Positions 1 to 5,105 of a stretch of DNA of 5,105 nucleotides are shown in pieces. The notes beneath the pieces were generated by a model. It ran no database searches and was not told where the DNA came from. It saw nothing but the letters and a program-made list of their open reading frames with translations. This DNA comes from Octopus sinensis (lineage: Eukaryota): NCBI RefSeq assembly GCF_006345805.1, contig NW_021830131.1:1-5105 (forward strand). Direction: 5' to 3'. Numbering within the stretch: the stretch's first letter is position 1; each line of letters opens with the position of its first letter. The position numbers were made by a program, and so were the translations under genes.

Positions 1-735
1 GTGTGTGATGTGTGTGGTGTGTGATATATGTGGTGTGTGATGTGTGTGGTGGGTGCGATATATGTGGTGTGTGATGTGTGTGGTGTGTGATATCCTGTTG
101 GTGTGGTGCTGTGTGTGATATATGTGATGTGGTGCTGGTTGTGTGATATATGTGATGTGTGATATATGTGGTGGGTGATGTGTGTGGTGTGTGATTATGT
201 GGTGTGTGTGCGGTGTGGTGTGTGGTACTATGTGGGCTGGCGTGGATGTGTGTGTGTGTGGTGTGTGCTGTTGTGTGTGTGATGTGTGTGGTGTGTGATA
301 TATGTGGTGTGTGATGTGTGTGGTGTGTGATGTATGTGGTGTGTGATGTGTGTGGTGTGTGATATATTTGGTGTGTGATGTGTGTGGTGTGTGATATATG
401 TGGCGTGTGATGTGTGTGGTGTGTGATATATGTGGTGTGTGATATATGTGGTGTGTGATGTGTGTGGTGTGTGATATATGTGGTGTGTGATGTGTGTGGT
501 GTGTGATATATGTGGTGTGTGATGCGTGTGGTGTGCGATATATGTGGTGTGTGATGTGTGTGGTGTGTGATATATGTGGTGTGTGATGTGTGTGGTGTGT
601 GATATATGTGGTGTGTGATGTGTGTGGTGTGTGTGGTGTGTGATATATGTGGTGTGTGATGTGTGCGGTGTGTGATATGTGTGTTGTGTATGGTGTGTGT
701 GGTGTACGGTGCGATGTATGAGTAATAGGCGATGT
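1..735. repeat. TG-rich minisatellite; 16-bp monomer GTGTGTGAT(G/A)T(G/A)TGTG, mostly alternating into a 32-bp dimer; runs off the left edge of the window
   Basis: Positions 1-16 are GTGTGTGATGTGTGTG, 17-32 are GTGTGTGATATATGTG and 33-48 repeat the first variant. The alternation is cleanest at ~290-680 and degenerate at ~90-290 and ~680-735. Confidence 0.95.
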
Positions 736-778
736 GTGATGTGCGTGCGTAATGTTTGATATTCTTTTTATCTTTTAG

Positions 779-908
779 TCAGGAGCTAAGGCAGTGGCCA
801 AGACCCTTTGCAGAGCTTCCGCGACTGGTGGAAGAAAGGAAGGAAAGTATCCCCAAACCAGAAACCTACCCCGAATGCTTGCAACGCAGTGGTAGCCTCC
901 ATTTAAGG
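779..908 (+). other. Possible short internal exon or unrecognised repeat fragment (weak)
   Basis: A pyrimidine tract ATTCTTTTTATCTTTTAG ends at 778, with an alternative CAG at 780-782. It is followed by roughly 50% GC complex sequence with one open frame (QELRQWPRPFAELPRLVEERKESIPKPETYPECLQRSGSLHLR) and a possible donor AAG|GTACTC after 908. I recognise no homology. Confidence 0.25.
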
Positions 909-961
909 TACTCTATGTACTGGGTGGTTGTGTCAAACCGGGTAGTGGATTAAGTCTGTCA

Positions 962-1062
962 CGCAAGTAAGCCCTGGTGGGATTTGAACTAAAAATCCAG
1001 AGTTATAACAAATACCACAAGGCATCTAATCTGACGTTTTCACAAACCCGCCACTCAACCGC
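962..1062 (-). mobile_element. 5' (tRNA-derived head) fragment of a decayed SINE
   Basis: The minus strand has an A-box-like TGGCGGGTTTG (1053-1043) and a B-box GTTCAAATCC (989-980). The B-box region matches the adjacent copy at 1136-1117 in 14/20 positions, and all 6 differences are transitions. It resembles an abundant octopus SINE head as I remember it (not database-checked). Confidence 0.7.
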
Positions 1063-1067
1063 TTCCC

Positions 1068-1193
1068 TGGATTGGCACTTTTTACATCGACCACAAAAAG
1101 ATTACAGGCAGAACTGACTTTAGTGAGATTCGAACTTAGAGTGCAGGGAGTCGGGGCATATACGAGATATTCTATCCAACAGGCTAATGACTC
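1068..1193 (-). mobile_element. Decayed SINE copy of the same family, slightly 5'-truncated, with B-box and downstream body
   Basis: The minus strand has B-box GTTCGAATCT (1135-1126) followed by CACTAAAGTCAGTTCTGCCTGTAATCTTTTTGTGGTCGATGTAAAAAGTGCCAATCC. It is homologous to the 962-1062 copy around the B-box. No clear A-box is retained. Confidence 0.65.
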
Positions 1194-1207
1194 TAATAAT
1201 TACACCG

Positions 1208-1822
1208 GTTTGTGAATGTGAAATGTGTACGTGATATTTGCGTGCGTGTATGCGTGTGATGCGTGAAATATTTGATGTGTGTGTAGTGTGAGCTGTGTGT
1301 ATGGTGTGCGATGTGTGTGTTGTGATTCGTGGGATGTGAGATGTGTGATGCCTGATGTGTGTTGTATGAGAAGTGAAATGTGAGATATGTGATTTGTGAT
1401 GTAAAATGGAAGGTGATTTGTGATGTGAGATGAAGCATATGTGTTGTGTGAGGAATGTGATGCGTGAAATAAGATGTGTAATGTGGGACGTGTAATGTGA
1501 GGTGTGAGATGTGAGATGTTTGAACTATGATATGAAATGTGAAATGTGTGAGAAATATGATGTGATGTGGGATGCGTAATTTGTGATGCGAGATGTGGGA
1601 TATGTGAAGTGGGATGTAAGATGTGGAATGTGTATTTTGTGAAGTGGGATGTGAAATGTGTGTTTTGTGAAGTGGGATGTGTGATGTGAGGTGTAGGATG
1701 TGTAATGTGAGATTTGAAACGTGAGATATTAGAGGTGCGGTGTTAGATGTTTGCAACGGGATGTGAGATGTATGGGGTGTGTTGCGTGAGAAGTGTGATT
1801 AGTGAGTTACGTGATGTGTGAA
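1208..1822. repeat. Degenerate TG-rich low-complexity tract (TGTGA/GATGTGA units) with local duplications
   Basis: The tract is dominated by GTG/TGA/ATG motifs and is very C-poor on the plus strand. TGTGAAGTGGGATGT occurs three times, at 1603, 1638 and 1666. Confidence 0.9.
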
Positions 1823-1894
1823 ATATGTCACGTTACCTAACTAGATCTAAAACCTTGTCTTTTCTTCAGTTCTGTCTCCACTGTGATGTGTTAA

Positions 1895-2052
1895 ACAAAC
1901 AGAAAAGCGTTTTTTCAATGAAATTAAAAAAAGAAAAAAAGTACAAAATAAATAAATAAATAATTAAATAAATAAAACGAAAATAAAATGAAACAATAAC
2001 AAAACATAAAGTATGCCTATAATAAAAAAAAATATAATAATGATAATAATAA
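1895..2052. repeat. A-rich low-complexity tract with (TAAA)n and (TAA)n segments
   Basis: AAATAAATAAATAAATAATTAAATAAATAAAA lies at ~1946-1977 and TAATAATGATAATAATAAT at ~2035-2053. Confidence 0.85.
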
Positions 2053-2174
2053 TACATTATTTACATTTGACGGATATTTGTCCTCATCATGTTTGTTGTT
2101 AACACAACGTTTCGGCTGATATACCCACCAGCCTTCATCAGGTGTCATGGGGAAATTTCAAACCTGGGTTCTCA
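2053..2174 (-). mobile_element. Short non-coding interspersed-repeat remnant carrying a hammerhead ribozyme (Penelope-like/SINE 3' module)
   Basis: This is a ~120-bp complex-sequence island between the A/TAA-rich tract and the (TACA)n array, and it contains the hammerhead below. Minimal hammerheads are an established hallmark of Penelope-like element termini. The boundaries are inferred from composition and from my recollection of a similar octopus repeat. Confidence 0.6.
2100..2147 (-). ncRNA. Minimal type I hammerhead ribozyme motif
   Basis: Minus strand reads UGACAC (stem I, 2147-2142), CUGAUGA (2141-2135), A (2134), GGCUGGUG-GGUA-UAUCAGCC (stem II, 8 bp including 2 G-U), GAAA (2113-2110), C-GUU (2109-2106; NUH = GUU), then GUGUUA (stem I', 2105-2100; 6 bp with UGACAC including one G-U). 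The palindrome AACGTT lies at 2106-2111. Confidence 0.85.
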
Positions 2175-2264
2175 CAGACACAAATACATACACACTTTCG
2201 CGCACACATACCCACATGTATACATACAAACATACACACATACATATATACATACATATGTACA

Positions 2265-2296
<32 letters not shown>

Positions 2297-2306
2297 CATA
2301 CATATA
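2175..2306. repeat. (TACA)n / (CA)n compound microsatellite
   Basis: Pure TACA run at 2261-2294 flanked by degenerate CA/TACA units. Confidence 0.95.
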
Positions 2307-2614
2307 ACTATGGAAGATAGCTGGACTTCCCTACAACAGGGGTATTACACTTAAACTATTTGGCGTAGTACCCTCTCTATATGGTATAGTCATGATGGAG
2401 GGGAATCCTGGGGTTTAGGGAAGAAGTTCCAAACTTTAATTGTTGTGACCCCTTTCGACAAACCAATAATCCTTTGGATCCCTTTTTAAAGATATAAAAT
2501 TTAAAAAAACTTACCAGAGGGCGCACTTAGCATTTGTTACATTTTTCGGAGAAATATTCCTCAGAATTTGATTGCAGTAATGCAGTGTTGTGGCGTTTAT
2601 GCCTATGTTATATT

Positions 2615-2913
2615 GCATAACATCACCGTATCACTGTATCGATCTGACAATCGGATGTTATTATACACCGCTGGTCCCGATGCACTTCCTCGCATTGTTG
2701 TGGCTTAGGAATGATGCCACTCCGCTGGTTTGGCGGGTAGGCTAACGTTACCGCTGAACGGAACGCTAGTCCGTCGCAGGGTTGACCACATATAACCGAG
2801 TGGACTGGAGCAACGTGAAATCAAGAACACGACGCACCGCCAATCTGGTAATCGAAGCCACATTCTAGGAATCGTGAGTGTAACACGCTAACCACTAAGC
2901 TACGTGCCTTCAT
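2615..2913 (-). mobile_element. Near full-length decayed tRNA-derived SINE (head, central domain and tail), a different family from the 962-1193 copies
   Basis: The minus strand begins ATGAAGGCACG, with A-box TAGCTTAGTGG (2902-2892) and degenerate B-box GCTTCGATTACC (2858-2847). It continues GTGTTCTTGA-TTTCACGTTGCTCCAGTCCACTC and then ACCCTGCGACGGACTAGCGTTCC, which resemble conserved central domains of Meta-/V-type SINEs as I recall them. The segment is CpG-rich relative to its flanks. The 3' boundary is approximate. Confidence 0.75.
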
Positions 2914-3753
2914 AGGGGATGAATTATTTATGAATATTAAATGTTTTATTAAATATTTTAAAAGTAAAAGAATTTGGGTCGTAATCTTGAGGGTGTGAAC
3001 TATCAACTTGGGGTATATTCTTGGTAAAACAAGAAACCCCAACCCTTTATTTCTGATGCCAATTGTCTCATGGCAAAAACAGAAAGTGTTTGGGAATATG
3101 TCCTCACTAATACAACAACAACAAACCCTTGTAAACGACGCTCTATTCTCATTATGATTTTCTGTAGAGACGAAAAGAAATGTGGGTTTCGTGATGTACT
3201 TTTACTACAATAGGGGTCACGATTCCTTAAGTGTCCATATATGGTGATATCATGTAATGACAGGAATACAAGTTTAAAGTGTGCCTTTAAACCCATAATG
3301 TATTGACGTTCTGATTTCTACATCTGTTTCAAGGTCATAACAGAAGGGGACTGTGTGTTTTGCAAGTGTCTGCGCTACAATAAGGGTAAAAAAAAAATGC
3401 TTGAATATTGGTCTTATTTTGATATCTTAAATAATGATGTTATTTCATATTGACAGAAGGGGGTCTTGTGGGTTTGGCGTGGTGGGGTCGTATGGTAAAA
3501 AAAAAATGAGTAGGAGTTGTGAACAAAATTACTTACTTTTCTACTGTGTGCTGGTTCGTTCCTGGAATCTCTCCTTTAGGGATTTCGTTAGCCTGGTGGG
3601 CTGTAAAAAACAAAGAAGGGATCGCTAATGAAAAATGTTTATCAGCAGAAATATAATTTTAGGGAATTCATTTAAAATTCGAAAAGGGCAGCGATTTTTG
3701 GTCTCAGATGTTTCATTGCTAAGATTAATCTAAGGGAGAAAGGATGTGTGCCT

Positions 3754-3916
3754 AGGAGAAAGAGAGAGAGAGAGAGAGAAGGAGAGAGAGAAAGAGAGAG
3801 AGAGAGAGAAGGAGAGAGAGAAGGAGAGAGAGAGACAGGAGAGAGAGAAAGAGAGAGAGAGGACAACGGAGAGAGAGTATTTAAGAGAGAGAGTGTGAGA
3901 GTTAAAGGAGAGAGAG
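3754..3916. repeat. (GA)n polypurine microsatellite with GAAG/GAAA interruptions
   Basis: AGAGAGAGAG runs are punctuated by recurring GAAGGAGAGAGAG and GAAAGAGAG units and decay toward 3916. Confidence 0.95.
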
Positions 3917-3952
3917 CATTAAGAAATTGACAAAGCGAGAGAGGAATACAGA

Positions 3953-4242
<290 letters not shown>

Positions 4243-4647
4243 ACAAATACCACTAACTTAACGTACATGTATCACTTAATTACCATAGGGGGCAATTTTT
4301 CGTCCAGGCAAAGTCTCTTCAACGGCGTATAGTGTTAAAAATCTCAATACACATCAGAGCTAAGCGAAACGAAATCGCTGCAGAAGTAATATCGAGAGCG
4401 TCACGTCTCATCAGAAATCAACAAATCGAAGGCTGGTCACAATTAATGAGGAACATATTGATATTTTCAAATTCTTGCTGCAAAATGAGGTGCAGCTTTT
4501 TCTTCTCATTAATTACAGTGTATTGTGTCGTTCGCACTATTTAATCGGACCGTTTATTTCAGAAATAATTCTTTATTATTTAATGGCAAGGTTTTATGCG
4601 AATGTGAATGTTCGAATACAATGAGAATACATACACACACGCATGTA

Positions 4648-4668
4648 AATATATATATATATATATAG

Positions 4669-4702
<34 letters not shown>

Positions 4703-4746
4703 TATATATATATGTATGTATTTATGTCTCCTGTCTGTCTGTCTGT
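4648..4746. repeat. (TA)n microsatellite followed by short (TATG)n and (TGTC)n
   Basis: An AT dinucleotide run at 4648-4713 has two interruptions and is followed by TATGTATG and CTGTCTGTCTGTCTGT. Confidence 0.95.
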
Positions 4747-4955
4747 ATTATGCATTATGTGTTTTTCAGGTACAACTTGCATTCAATATTTAATTAATTT
4801 TGATTAATTAAAATATTGTGGTTGTCTCCCAATGCTTTTTTCATTAGAATTACTCATTTAAATAATAATTGTTCTAATCACTAAAGGTGTAAATTTTAAT
4901 TAGTTAGAACTAAAATTTCTTGCCTTATTAGATCAGGTCTGCTGGCTTCTACTTT

Positions 4956-5105
4956 ACACACGCGCACGCACACACACACACACACACACGCATTCGCATG
5001 CACGCCATCACACACATACGCACAGACAGACAGACAGACAGACACACACGCATACACACACACACGCACGCACGCACACATACACACAGACAGACACACA
5101 CGCAC
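4956..5105. repeat. Compound (CA)n/(CGCA)n/(CAGA)n microsatellite, running off the right edge
   Basis: Directly visible alternating CA, CGCA and CAGA blocks. Confidence 0.95.

Noticed and set aside
1-735. CRISPR array or telomeric repeat
   Set aside because: There are no unique spacers, the context is eukaryotic, and there are no TTAGGG-type units; it is an ordinary minisatellite.
1193-1756. 187-aa His/Thr-rich ORF as a protein-coding gene
   Set aside because: It lies within a low-complexity TG tract, starts at a non-ATG codon, has no domain-like sequence and is explained by composition.
1866-2354. ORFs 1866-2057, 2089-2307 and 2142-2354
   Set aside because: They run through A-rich and (TACA)n repeats and the non-coding hammerhead element, with no coding signal.
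2845-2913. tRNA gene at the A/B-box segments (also 980-1053 and 1126-1135)
   Set aside because: No cloverleaf can be folded and there is no acceptor stem. The boxes continue into SINE-like bodies, so they are tRNA-derived heads, not tRNA genes.
2445-3220. 9-bp inverted pair GTGACCCCT (2445-2453)/AGGGGTCAC (3212-3220) as ends of a hAT/MITE element
   Set aside because: The match is too short, does not extend convincingly, and has no target-site duplication. It could only be revived by a repeat-library hit.
2821-3628. ORFs 2821-3042, 3003-3296 and 3434-3628
   Set aside because: They are short, of a length expected by chance, with no recognisable motif, and the first overlaps a SINE head.
3675-3700. 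AAATTCGAAAAGGGCAGCGATTTTTGG as a remnant of a SINE 3' tail
   Set aside because: The resemblance rests on recollection only and covers about 25 bp, too little to support a feature.
4388-4422. Second CUGAUGA on the minus strand (4414-4408), a possible partner hammerhead
   Set aside because: It is followed by GAUA rather than GAAA, only 2 bp of stem II can form, and there is no complement for stem I downstream.
4445-4492. SECIS-like element (AUGA…AA…GA)
   Set aside because: The helix between the putative quartet halves does not pair, and there is no selenoprotein CDS context.
4790-4811. Twin TTAATTAA palindromes 14 bp apart
   Set aside because: This is expected by chance in a very AT-rich stretch, with no supporting context.
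4594-5105. ORFs 4594-4782, 4608-4793 and 4896-5105
   Set aside because: They are translations of (TA)n and (CA)n microsatellites.

Overview
This is eukaryotic, non-coding, repeat-saturated DNA, probably intronic or intergenic. About 45% of it is micro- or minisatellite: a 16/32-bp TG minisatellite, a degenerate TGTGA tract, (TACA)n, (GA)n, a ~290-bp compound (TATC)n, (TA)n and (CA)n. Between these lie three decayed tRNA-derived SINE-like copies, all on the minus strand. From memory they resemble octopus/cephalopod SINE families, so I infer an Octopus-like genome, but this is unverified. No protein-coding gene can be supported: most listed ORFs are simple-repeat artefacts, and only weak candidate exons remain. 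The best observation is a compact minimal type I hammerhead ribozyme at 2147..2100 (minus strand). It has an intact CUGAUGA/GAAA core, an 8-bp stem II, a 6-bp stem I, a loop-less palindromic stem III (AACGUU) implying dimeric cleavage, and an extra A between A9 and G10.1. It sits in a ~120-bp non-coding element with no RT or endonuclease ORF nearby. This ribozyme class is known from Penelope-like elements, so any novelty would lie in its carrier element, not in the motif.
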